In this document: positions 10,223 to 20,699 of the stretch, one piece after another | Numbering within the stretch: the stretch's first letter is position 1 | Layout: every line of letters starts with the position of its first letter | DNA from: an uncultured Planctomycetaceae bacterium | GTDB lineage: Bacteria; Planctomycetota; Planctomycetia; Planctomycetales; Planctomycetaceae | Length of the DNA: 64,000 nucleotides | Direction of reading: 5' to 3' | Assembly (NCBI GenBank): GCA_963815195.1 | Contig: CAWFGE010000012.1 | Coordinates: 192,001-256,000, forward strand | Made by a program: the position numbers and the translations under genes | The notes under the pieces: model-generated | Told to the model about the DNA's origin: nothing | The model's database searches: none | The model's input: the letters and a program-made list of their open reading frames with translations, nothing else

Positions 10223-11224
10223 TCAGAATCTCACTTCCGCGGCGAGGCCGGCGGCCGGCTGCAGGGGATGCGAATAAGGCATGAACCGCATTTGCGAATC
10301 CTGCTGACGATGCTGCCGGCCCACGGTTTTGCCGATGACATAGCCGAGCGTGGCCCCGAAGAACACATCCGACAGATCGTGGTCCTGCTCGTCGATGCGG
10401 CTCCAGCCGATCATGCCGCCCAGCACGTAAATCGGCAACGCGGTCCGAAAGCCTTCGTATTCGTCCACGACCGCGGCCACGGCGAACGCGCTCGACGTGT
10501 GAAACGAGGGGAAGCCGTAATGCCCGTTGTTCCACTGCCGGCTCGGGCGCTCGGTGTCGGCGATGGCTTTGATGCCCACCGTGGTCAGCCCGCTGACCGA
10601 GTAAGCGCTGATGATCGCCTTCATCAGCGAATGCAATTCCTCATCCTCGGTCCATAGGCTATATCCATACACGCCCAGGATAGCGGGAATCTGATATTGC
10701 GGCTCGCCGAAGTGCCCCAGCGCATGCGTGGCATGGCCCCAGCGGATCGGCGACTCGCGAACGTAGTCCCGCGTGTCCTCGTCCCAATCCTGATGAATCC
10801 CGATCGCCCCCCCCAACGCCGCGCCCAACACCGCCGCGTCCCGCCAGTTCAAAAGCCCTTTGGCATCCCGGACCAGCATCGGAAAATAATCGCACGCCTC
10901 CTGCTTAAACAACTCCCCCGGCGACAACCTCGGCGACGTTTCAAAATAAGCCGTCGCACACTCCGGCCCTTCGCTTTTGCCCGCGGCTTCCGGCCACTCG
11001 ACCCGGTTCGCCGCCTCATCCGTCCCCTCGGACGGAGAACTCGTTGGGTGCGGCGAGTCTAAGGCGGCAGGCGAGCCAAGATTCGTGGGCGAGTCCGAGG
11101 CGACAGGCGAGCCGAGTCCCGTGACCGGCGGGGCCAAAACGGATCGCCCCGGCAATTGGCAACCGGACAACGCCAACGCCAACGCCGACATTAAGCCGAA
11201 ACACATCTTCCAGGAAGCATTCAT
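10223..11224 (-). CDS. PAP2-family phosphatase, probable lipoprotein
   Basis: Lipobox LSGC; K...RP, FPSFH and SRI...HDLSDV motifs. Confidence 0.85.
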   Translation of the reverse strand: MNASWKMCFGLMSALALALSGCQLPGRSVLAPPVTGLGSPVASDSPTNLGSPAALDSPHPTSSPSEGTDEAANRVEWPEAAGKSEGPECATAYFETSPRLSPGELFKQEACDYFPMLVRDAKGLLNWRDAAVLGAALGGAIGIHQDWDEDTRDYVRESPIRWGHATHALGHFGEPQYQIPAILGVYGYSLWTEDEELHSLMKAIISAYSVSGLTTVGIKAIADTERPSRQWNNGHYGFPSFHTSSAFAVAAVVDEYEGFRTALPIYVLGGMIGWSRIDEQDHDLSDVFFGATLGYVIGKTVGRQHRQQDSQMRFMPYSHPLQPAAGLAAEVRF

Positions 11225-11563
11225 GCGCGAAATCCGATTCCATTAGTAGTTGGGCACAATTGATGTCGGCCGTCCCAAGTCCTTCAATCGAGCTTTTCGG
11301 CGGAATCGGCAAAACTCTGCCCACGCCGTTCACTCGCCATAAACTTCGCACTTTCGCCAGCATCCCCAACCGGGAAATGAACAAATCCTGAACCCAAACG
11401 CCTTTCCAAGGATGACGGCGGAGATTGTTCCCGTATAATCGGAAAACCAAAGCAGGCTGAGCGGTCGGCGCTAACGTCCGGTTTCGATGAAACGACTTCC
11501 TAAATCCAAAACCGGCGGCGAGCGCCGTGCCGCTCACAATCTAACCCCCATTGGGAGCCGATT

Positions 11564-12502
11564 GTGACGACCGAAACGCAGCAGCAGATTGCCGAGTTGG
11601 AACAAAATATCGCCCAGGTGCTGTTGGGCAAGCCGGAGCCGATTCAGCTCACGCTGGTCGCACTGTTGGGCGGCGGGCATGTGCTGATCGAAGATTCCCC
11701 CGGCGTCGGCAAAACCTCGCTCGCCAAGGCCGTCGCCAAAAGCCTCGACTGCGAGTTCACCCGGCTGCAATTCACGCCGGACATGCTGCCCAGCGACATT
11801 CTGGGATCGAGCCTGTTTTTGCCGAACTTGGGGGAATTTGAATTTCGCAAAGGCCCGATCTTCACCAACGTGCTCCTGGCCGATGAGATCAACCGCACCA
11901 CGCCCCGCACCCAAAGCGCCCTTTTGGAAGCGATGAGCGAAGGCCAGGTCTCGGTGGAAGGCAAAACCTATCCCGTGGGCCGGCCGTTTTTCGTCATCGC
12001 CACGCAAAACCCGTTCGAGTTCGAAGGCACGTACCCGCTGCCGGAGAATCAGCTCGACCGCTTCATGCTCTGCACGGGCATCGGCTACCCGGAGCGCGCC
12101 ACGGAAATCCAGGTCCTCACCAGCCACCGCCAAGGCGAAGCCGTGGACACCTTAAACGCCGTGATGACCGGCGACGACCTGCACCAGTTGCAGCTCCAGG
12201 TCCGCGAAGTCGCGGTGGAAAACTCGATCAGCGAGTATCTGATCGACATCGTGACCGCGACCCGCAACCACGACATGCTCGAGCTCGGCGTGAGCACCCG
12301 CGGAGCCTTGACGCTGTACCGGGCGGTGCAAAGCCTGGCGTTCATTAAAGGCCGCGATTACGCCGTCCCCGATGATGTCAAAGACCTCGCCGTCCCCGTC
12401 CTGGCCCACCGCGTGATCTGCGGCGGCTTAGTCCACGAAGGCCAACGCGCCAAAGCCCAACAGATCATCCGCCAGATTTTGCAGGAAGCGCCGGTTCCTT
12501 GA
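11564..12502 (+). CDS. MoxR-family AAA+ ATPase
   Basis: PGVGKT, RLQFTPDMLPSDILG, LLADEINR, ATQNP and QLDRF motifs. Confidence 0.95.
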   Translation: MTTETQQQIAELEQNIAQVLLGKPEPIQLTLVALLGGGHVLIEDSPGVGKTSLAKAVAKSLDCEFTRLQFTPDMLPSDILGSSLFLPNLGEFEFRKGPIFTNVLLADEINRTTPRTQSALLEAMSEGQVSVEGKTYPVGRPFFVIATQNPFEFEGTYPLPENQLDRFMLCTGIGYPERATEIQVLTSHRQGEAVDTLNAVMTGDDLHQLQLQVREVAVENSISEYLIDIVTATRNHDMLELGVSTRGALTLYRAVQSLAFIKGRDYAVPDDVKDLAVPVLAHRVICGGLVHEGQRAKAQQIIRQILQEAPVP

Positions 12503-12507
12503 ACAGT

Positions 12508-12587
12508 TTTCAAGAGCCGCGCACGAAGTAAGCGGTTTTCAGGGACTCAGACGACGCAAGACCGCTTACTTCGTGCGCGGCTCAGGC
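12508..12587. repeat. ~80-bp palindromic element (REPIN/MITE-like), copy 1
   Basis: Perfect 23-bp inverted arms gagccgcgcacgaagtaagcggt (12514-12536) and 12561-12583; near-identical inverted copy at 47840-47919. Confidence 0.9.
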
Positions 12588-12798
12588 ATTTTTGGAAGTA
12601 CGGAATTTGGTAACATCTCCCCGAACCCGAAACACGTCGTTCCCGAGTCCGCACAAGCGCTCGTAACGAATCAGCCGGCTTACGCCGGCCGCTCGCCAGG
12701 GGGCAAATTGGTCATTCGGGCTTGGTCATTGGGATTTTATCAATCCAGCACTTCCTGATACAATTCGCGGAACAAATGCAACTCGTTTCGGAGCCTTG

Positions 12799-15391
12799 AT
12801 GATGAGTCGAAGATTGTCCCGCCTGTTGGTCGTCGTGGTTTGTGGTTGCGTTTGCCTGGGCTGTGAAGCCGGGTGGACGGGGTTGATGGCCTCTGCGCTG
12901 GGCGAAGGGGAAAAAGCTTCCCCAGTCGGCGAGGCGAAATCGAAATCCGAAGCCCCGCCCAAAAAACACCCGGCGAACCGGTTGGCCCGCGAGACGAGTC
13001 CTTATCTGTTGCTCCACGCCCACAATCCCGTGGACTGGTACGCCTGGGGGCCGGAGGCTTTCGAGAAAGCCAAGAAGGAAAACAAGCCTATCTTTCTGTC
13101 CATAGGCTACAGCAGTTGCTATTGGTGCCACGTCATGGAGCGCAAAGTCTTCATGAACGAGGACCTCGCCAAGTACATGAACGAGCATTTTGTGTGCATT
13201 AAGGTCGATCGCGAAGAACGGCCCGAAATCGACGACATCTACATGACCGCGTTGATGATCTACCTGCAAGCCGCGGGTTCATCGCAAGGCGGCGGCTGGC
13301 CGTTGTCGATATTTCTGACGCCGGCGGGCAAACCGATCGCCGGCGGCACGTACTTTCCGCCCCAGGCCGAGAAGGGCCTGCCCGGGTTCGGCGACGTGAT
13401 GAAAGTCATCGACAAAGCCTGGAAGGACAATCAGAAAGCCGTCGAGGAAAACGCCGAGGTCTTCGCCCGCGAAGTCCAGCGAAACATGAAGCCCCGCTTC
13501 GGGCTGGAAAACGTGCCGCTGGATCGCAGCCTGGTCGCAGCCGCGGCCCAAGCCGTTCGGGACTCGGCGGACCCGGAATACGGCGGCGTGGATTTCGATG
13601 CGGAATCTCCGAACCGACCCAAGTTCCCGGTGCCGGTGAAGCTGGCCCTGCTGCAATACAATGTCCTTCGCACTGGCGATCAACAAGCCGCGAAGGTGCT
13701 CGATCAGACGCTCGAACACATCGCCAAGGGCGGGATTCGCGATCACCTGGGCGGCGGGTTTCATCGTTACAGCACAGATCGGCGTTGGCTCGTGCCTCAT
13801 TTTGAAAAGATGCTCTACGACCAGGCCCAGCTTGCCGCCGTTTATGCCGAGGCCTTCCGCCGCACACACAACCCCGAATACCGCGCCGCCGCCGAGGACA
13901 CGCTCGACTTCGTGCTCCGTGATCTCAAGGATTCCGCCGGCGGGTTTCACTCGGCCCTCGATGCCGAGACCGAAGGCGTCGAAGGCCGGTATTATGTGTG
14001 GGACAAATCCGAGATCGAAAAGATCCTAGGCCCCGAGAATGCTAAGCTCTTTAACGCGGTTTACGGTCTCGATGAACCCAAGCACTTCGAAGAGGGCTAC
14101 GTGCTCTATCGCCCCGCGGCGTGGGACAAACTCGCGGAGGCTCAGAATCTCACGGTCTCGGAACTCCAATCCAAGCTCGCCCCGCTCCGGCAGAAACTGC
14201 TCGCCGCCCGCAAAAAACGTTCGCCGCTTTTGAAAGATGATAAAATCCTCGCGAGTTGGAACGGTTTGATGATCCGGGCCCTCGCCGAGGCTGGGGACGA
14301 CCTCGGCCGGCCGGAATATATCAAAGCCGCGGAAGCCGCGGCCGTGTTTGTGCTCGCGCACATGCGGGACAAACAGGGCCGATTGCAGCGCACCTACGGC
14401 AAGGGTCAGGCCAAGTTGAATGCCTATCTCGACGACTATGCGTTTCTGATCGAAGGCCTGTTGGCGATTTATGAAGCCACCCACGATCAAAAATGGCTCA
14501 ATGCGTCCGAGCGGTTGATGGACGACCAAATCCGGCTGTTCTGGGACGAGAAAGGCGACGGGTTTTTCTTCACGGCCCATCATCACGAGGAACTCATCGC
14601 CCGCATCAAGCAGGCCGACGACACGGTGCTGCCTTCGGGCAACAGCGTGAGCGTGCGGAACCTCGTCCGCCTCGCCTCGCTCACCGGGCAGGACAAATAC
14701 AAAGGTTACGCCGAGAAGACCCTCAAGCTGTTCGCGCCGCGCTCAAGTCCCGCCCGCGGGGCATGGCGAACATGGCCCTTGCGCTCGGGGAGTTTTTGGA
14801 CGATGCGAACGCCGCCCCCCGCAAAGAAACGTCCGATGCGAAAGAACAAAGCGAAACCAAAAACGCGATCCTCTTGGTCGCCGCCCAGTCCCCGCGCCCG
14901 AAGAAGGCAAAAAGCGGGAGATCGTCACCGCCAAGGCGTATCTCAACGTGGACAAACTCCCGCCCGGGGGCAGTTGCGAGATCGTGGTGTTTCTGGACGT
15001 CCAGGAAGGTTGGCACATCAATGCCAATCCCGCCCAGCCGAAAAACCTGATCCCCACCGAGTTCACGATCACCTCAAAAGCCGGTGTGAAGCTCTCCGAT
15101 GTGACCTATCCGGAAGGCCAGCCGGTGCTGATCGAAGGCTTCGATGAAGCTGCGCTCGTTTACGAGAAAAAAGCCGTCCTACGCGGCAAGCTCACGATCC
15201 CCGCCGATGTGAAGAACGCCGCGTTTGATCCCCTGGAGATCAAAATCCGTTACCAACCCTGCAACGACAACCAATGCCTCGCCCCGAAGACGGCCAAACT
15301 CACCGGCAAAGTCCCCATCGCCCCGCCGGGGCAGCCGGTGAAGTCGATCAACGAGAAACTGTTCCCCAAACCGGATTCAAAAAGACAATAG
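12799..15391 (+). CDS. YyaL/SSP411 (DUF255 thioredoxin + alpha/alpha toroid) protein with C-terminal DsbD-N-like domain; two frameshifts (~14735, ~14910)
   Basis: [32 protein letters not shown] and [10 protein letters not shown] motifs. Alternative frames continue ...[17 protein letters not shown]... and ...[16 protein letters not shown]...GWHINAN...[12 protein letters not shown]. Confidence 0.85.
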
Positions 15392-15447
15392 TAATTGACT
15401 TCGCCTGTGCTGGGCGCAACACTTGGAACCATCTCAATACGTGAATG

Positions 15448-15900
15448 AATGCGACTTTTGAAATCAACCTGGAATATATCGGTTGCGACCATCACCGTCA
15501 CACTTTTCGGATCGCGTTCGCAGGAAGTACCGATAGACTCCTTCTGCCATATCCGGACGTAATCAGTCTGCAATTCAAGACAACAACAGGCGACCCGGTT
15601 AGCGAATGGAAAACGCGAGTATTGGCTTCAGTACCGTTGGATGAATTTGTGCTAAACCAGGAAGCCCGAATCGCGTTTGACTTAACGGCATGGATAAACA
15701 TCGAACCAGACCTGAAGCATCGATGGACCATTCAAATTCCGTCTGGGGCAGTCGAAGCCCAAATCGTCTATACCGTCGATCCTGACATAGAACGCTACGA
15801 CTACCTCGCAAGACGCTCAAGATTCGCAGCGATCACAAAGCCTTGGAGTGGTTCGATTAAATCAAATCTGGTCCAATTCGCAGTAGTCGGTTGCCGGTAA
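15448..15900 (+). CDS. Hypothetical protein (visibly lower GC)
   Basis: 150-aa ORF filling the gap between genes; no motif recognised. Confidence 0.6.
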   Translation, partial: NATFEINLEYIGCDHHRHTFRIAFAGSTDRLLLPYPDVISLQFKTTTGDPVSEWKTRVLASVPLDEFVLNQEARIAFDLTAWINIEPDLKHRWTIQIPSGAVEAQIVYTVDPDIERYDYLARRSRFAAITKPWSGSIKSNLVQFAVVGCR

Positions 15901-16122
15901 TCAGGAATTCGGAATTGCCTATTGCAAAACCGACGGTTGGGTGGCTGGGCGCAGATTCCTCTACGAATAAAGTTAAGCCAGCGAATACTGGGGCAATGGA
16001 CGCGACAGAAATGACTCCCATGGCCCCAGCTTTCGGAACGCGTTTTTCGCTTGATCCGTTCCTTTGCGCCCCAGCCACCCTCCGGCGCTCAATAAACAAC
16101 CATAGAATAGGACACGCCTCCC

Positions 16123-17592
16123 ATGGATCTAAGGCATCGGCGGTACACGGAAAAGCCGCTCGTTAAAACCAAAATCATCGCCACGGTGGGGCCGGCGTGT
16201 TGGGAGCGGGAACGGCTGAAGGATTTGATCATCGCCGGGGCCGACTTATTTCGGCTCAACTTCGCCCACGGGCAGTACGACATTTTGGACCGCGTGCTGG
16301 CGGATATCCGGGCGGTGTCCAAAGAACTCAAGCGGCCCATCGGCGTCTTGGGGGATTTGTCGGGGCCGAAAATTCGCCTGGGGCAACTGCCGGACGAGGG
16401 CATCTATTGCGAGATGGGGCAGCAGTTCCATTTTGTGCGCGGCGACGTGTCCTCGGAACCGAACCAGCTCACCTGCACTTACGACAGGCTGATCGACGAC
16501 CTGCGGGCGGGCGACCGGATTCTGCTCGCCGACGGCACCGTGGCGATGCGGGTCATCGGCACCAACGCCCAGGAAGGCCGAATCGTCTGCACCGTGGAAG
16601 TGCCGGGCCTCCTTCGCAGCCGGCAGGGGATCAACCTGCCCGGCGTCACGCTTTCGACGCCGAGCCTCACCGACAAAGACAAAGCCGACCTCGATTGGGC
16701 CATTCAGAACGAACTGGATTTCATCGGCTTGAGCTTCGTCCGCCGGGCGGACGATGTCCGGCTTTTAAGGCAGGAGATCAACGCCCGAAAGCCCGCCCAT
16801 CCGCCGCACATCGTCGCCAAAATCGAGAAGATGGAAGCCGTCACCGAACTCGACGAGATTCTCGAACTGACCGATGCGGTGATGGTCGCCCGCGGCGATT
16901 TGGGCGTCGAAGTCGATATCGAGCGCGTGCCCACGCTGCAAAAGCGGATTGTGAAGCTCTGCAATCGGCATCGCATTCCGGTCATCACCGCCACGCAGAT
17001 GCTCGACAGCATGCAGGAGCACGAACGCCCCACGCGGGCCGAGGCCAGCGACGTCGCCAACGCGGTTCTGGACGGCAGCGACGCGGTGATGCTCTCCGGC
17101 GAGACGGCCATCGGCAAATTCCCGACCGAAGCGGTGTCGATGATGAGCCGCATCGCCTGGGAAGCCGAGCGGCTGGTCACTCCCAACCGCTTCGGCGATC
17201 CCGATAGCAACCCCAATACGCGGGCCACGCTGGTCACCGAAGCCGTCACGCTGGGAGCCGGCGCCGCCGCCGAGCGGCTGGAAGCGGATCTCATCGTAAT
17301 CGCCACGCACTCCGGCCGGACGGCGATGGCCCTCTCCAAGCAGCGGGGCAAGGTTCCAATCCTGGCGATCACCGACCGCCCCGCCTCCGCCCGCCGGATG
17401 TGCCTCTACTGGGGCATCACCCCCTTGGAGACCGAAGCCGTCCACAAGCTCCCGCACGAACTGTTGGAGTACGTCGTCGAGTGGGGCCAGCGGGAAGAAG
17501 TCCTCGAACGCGGCGGCCGCTTAGTCCTCGTCACCAGCACCGACTGGTCCGCCGAGGGCAAGAACCTCATGCTGGTCCACGCGCTGCCCTGA
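16123..17592 (+). CDS. pyk: Pyruvate kinase
   Basis: KTKIIATVGPA, RLNFAHG, DLSGPKIR, MVARGDLGVE, ATQMLDSM and DAVMLSGETA motifs. Confidence 0.97.
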   Translation: MDLRHRRYTEKPLVKTKIIATVGPACWERERLKDLIIAGADLFRLNFAHGQYDILDRVLADIRAVSKELKRPIGVLGDLSGPKIRLGQLPDEGIYCEMGQQFHFVRGDVSSEPNQLTCTYDRLIDDLRAGDRILLADGTVAMRVIGTNAQEGRIVCTVEVPGLLRSRQGINLPGVTLSTPSLTDKDKADLDWAIQNELDFIGLSFVRRADDVRLLRQEINARKPAHPPHIVAKIEKMEAVTELDEILELTDAVMVARGDLGVEVDIERVPTLQKRIVKLCNRHRIPVITATQMLDSMQEHERPTRAEASDVANAVLDGSDAVMLSGETAIGKFPTEAVSMMSRIAWEAERLVTPNRFGDPDSNPNTRATLVTEAVTLGAGAAAERLEADLIVIATHSGRTAMALSKQRGKVPILAITDRPASARRMCLYWGITPLETEAVHKLPHELLEYVVEWGQREEVLERGGRLVLVTSTDWSAEGKNLMLVHALP

Positions 17593-17613
17593 GCGGGTCA
17601 CGAGCAAAGAGCA

Positions 17614-20578
17614 TTAGTCGCCAAGTCCATCGAAAAATGGGCCGTATTTCTGAAGGCGTGCAAAGCGATCCTTGGCTTTCTCTGGCGTATAGTTTTTTCG
17701 GAAGCTCGCATCGATTTCATAATGTTTGCGAATGATGAGCCAAGGAGTCAGATTCTCCTCCAACTTCATTTCTTCAATTCGGCCGTCGCGAAGATCGAGA
17801 AGGAAAACTTCCGACATCAACGCCATAGCGATTTCCACCGGGCCGAACTTATTATTGCTTTCGATCCATCCAGAAAGCTGATCCAAAGATCGGGTTTTGT
17901 AAAAGGCGTCGTCATTAAACGGAGAATTCGGGTTCCTCTTTCTCATTCGCTCGCTACGAACAATATGAAAGGCCCAGACAAACTGCCGAGCCGTGTCGTA
18001 ATCCAAATTCCGGTTGGCTCCAATTTCACAAAGCTGTGCCATGAGACGATCCGCATCTTGGGGGCTGAACTCTTTTCGTTCCAAGTCCGAGATAACCGAC
18101 GTTAGCCATTCGGATGTTTCGCGGCACTCTCGCTTCAATAGGTCAGTATCGCCCTCCAAAGCCTTGTTCATGGACCGTTCGACCTTGGTCATCCTATCGT
18201 CAAACCCCGCTCCACGGTGCCTCGTCGTGAAATCGCAGGCCAGCCTGGCCATTTCCACTGACCATTGGGAAGGGGGGCGCTTTGAGATGTTTCGTTTGTC
18301 GAAGCACTTCTTTAGCTCCGCATATCGCGATTCGGGGAGCACATTTGGTGCATATTCAATCCAGCTAGGACTCTCTATGGGAATTGTCAGCTCGTGATCG
18401 CACAAATCCGCGATCAACTTCAACTGCTCGTTGAGATAAACGAGCGAGTTGAGCAACACGCGCTGAGCGCGCATGTGGTCGTTAATGTCGAACTTCTGTT
18501 TGCATTTCTTCAGCCATTCTTCGCGAATCCCGACTGCCTTTTCATCCAGATCCCGCCAATGCCGAGGCATTTGGGACAAAAACGTCTCCACTTCAAACCG
18601 GGGTAATGGTGGGTGTCCGGCGCGATACATTTCCGGCGTGATAAACCGTCCCGCGCGGAGATTCCCTTGATGACACGACAAGCACAACTGAGACTTTGAA
18701 ACCGGCGAAAAAAGGTTGTACATCCCAAACTGTTCTTGTTTCTGTTCCGCCGTGAGAAACCGCCATTCCTGTTTGGAAATATGTTTCGCTTCCCAACCCT
18801 TTGCTTCTTTCGTTCCTCCCGCCGCGCCATGGCAGCCTTCACAATCGACGCCGTGAATAAGACTATTTAACTTCAGCATCTCAGCGGAAATAAGACCGTC
18901 TTGATCTCGCTGCAATTCCTTAAGAGGAATGCCGGAATGGCACGCCACGCAGCGGGCATCGCGATGCACGACCGATTTGCCTTTCGCATCGACGATTCCC
19001 AATTCTTTGCCAATGGCTATTGCACGGTCGGTTATCAGGATCAAGAAGGCGCCGTGGTGCATGTCATTACTCGCCCAAGTCGAGGCTTCATTGAGGAGCA
19101 CCCAATTGTCATCCCGAGAATGTAACGGTAAAAAACCCATGGCTTGATCCGCACTTCGTTTTGCCGCATGACAGCGGATACAGTGGACCACGTCGGTTGG
19201 TTCACGGTGCTGCGAATGAGGCAGCACGACGTAAGGCGCGTCGCCGGAAAAAGCTGGAGCGGGCTTTAGTACCGCGTCAATGGAAATGGGGCACTCCGAA
19301 GGAGGACCCGTTTCAGGAATTGGTGGCAACGGAACCGATTTCTTTCGGTATGGTGTGGCAGACCCAGACGAGGCGGCCGGTGGAAATTGATCGGACGTTG
19401 ACGAGCCAGCGGCTTTAAGTGGGCCGGCGCCGGTGCTTCGGTCCGGTTCCGATTTCGACGAAGATGATTCAGCCTGCCCGTCGTCTTCCTGGGTCACTCC
19501 CGCGCGAAACAAGATCCCAGCGAGAATCAGCATCGCCAAACCGGCCGTGGTGAACCACCCGATCTTGCGAATCTTTGCGTGCGCGGCGTTCGCGCTTTAA
19601 GCGTTTGACGCGATCGGGGATCACGGGATCCTGGCCGATCGCCTTTTGCAGGTCCAATGCCAACTCTTCCGTCGTCTGATACCGGTCCTCCGGATTCTTT
19701 CGCAGGCACCGCAAACAGATCCGCTCGAGGTTTTTGGGGCATTTCGGAGCGAGCTTCCGAGGCTTGGGCGGCTCGGTGTGCACCGAGTCATAAATCAAGC
19801 TGGAGAGGCTTCCCTGGAATGGCGGCCGGCCCGTAAATAGCTCGAACAGAATCACCCCCAGGGAATAGATATCCGCTCTGCGATCGGCTTCATGGCCCTT
19901 GCCGCGGGCTTGCTCGGGCGGCATGTAGGCCGCCGTGCCCATGACTTTGCCATCCTCCGTCAGGGTGGCTTCCCCGCGTTCCCGTTTGGCCAGACCGAAA
20001 TCCGCAATATGCGGTTCTCCGTGGGGATCAATCAGCAGGTTGGAAGGTTTCAAGTCGCGATGTACGACACCATTTTCGTGAGCGTGATGCAATGCCAAGG
20101 CAACCCGCGCGATCAAATCGGCGGCGCTGATCGCGTCGAGATCGCGATCCCCCGACAGCCAATCCTTGAGATTGATGCCGTCGATATATTCGCTGACGAT
20201 GTAGGGCCGATTCTCGTGGAGACCCACTTCCAGGATCTTCACGATATGCGGATGCTGCAGGTGCGCCGCGGCCCGGGCTTCGCGGAGAAACGCCTCGGCT
20301 TCTTCCTGAGTCAGGCAGTCGCGATGCGGAATCTTGACGGCCACCACCCGATCGAGGTTATTGTCGTGCGCCTTCCAAACAACGCCGAACGCCCCTTGGC
20401 CCAAACAAGTCAAACAATCGAACCGGCCAATCGAAAGGGCGGCCTGCGTATGATAAGTGATGGTATCCGACGGCACGAAGTTCAAATGCCGGCCACAACT
20501 GGAGCAATCGATCCCTGTGGCCTGCACATCTTCGACCAGTGTTGAGGCGTTTTGACAAAACGGGCAACGGATAATCAT
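17614..20578 (-). CDS. Ser/Thr protein kinase fused via a TM helix to a tetraheme cytochrome c (c554-like) domain; split by a 1-bp indel at ~19574
   Basis: Kinase ORF: GQGAFG, VAVK, HRDLKPSN, DFGL, GTAAYMPPE, DIYSLG. Downstream ORF: CIRCH, CVACH, CEGCH, CLSCH and GHPPL. Removing one A gives ...RERRARKIRKIGWFTTAGLAMLILAGILFR. Confidence 0.8.
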
Positions 20579-20699
20579 CTGCTTCCGTCCAGGAAATCGT
20601 TTGAAAAGCCGGCTCAAACAAACGCGTCACCAGATAATCCAGTTTACTCGTTGCGCGGTCGCTCGGCAAACATTTTGTTTCGGCGTTTGTATCGCTCTT

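Noticed and set aside
19565..19580. Programmed ribosomal frameshift between kinase and cytochrome
   Set aside because: No canonical slippery heptamer, and similar indels occur in many unrelated genes, so sequencing error is simpler.
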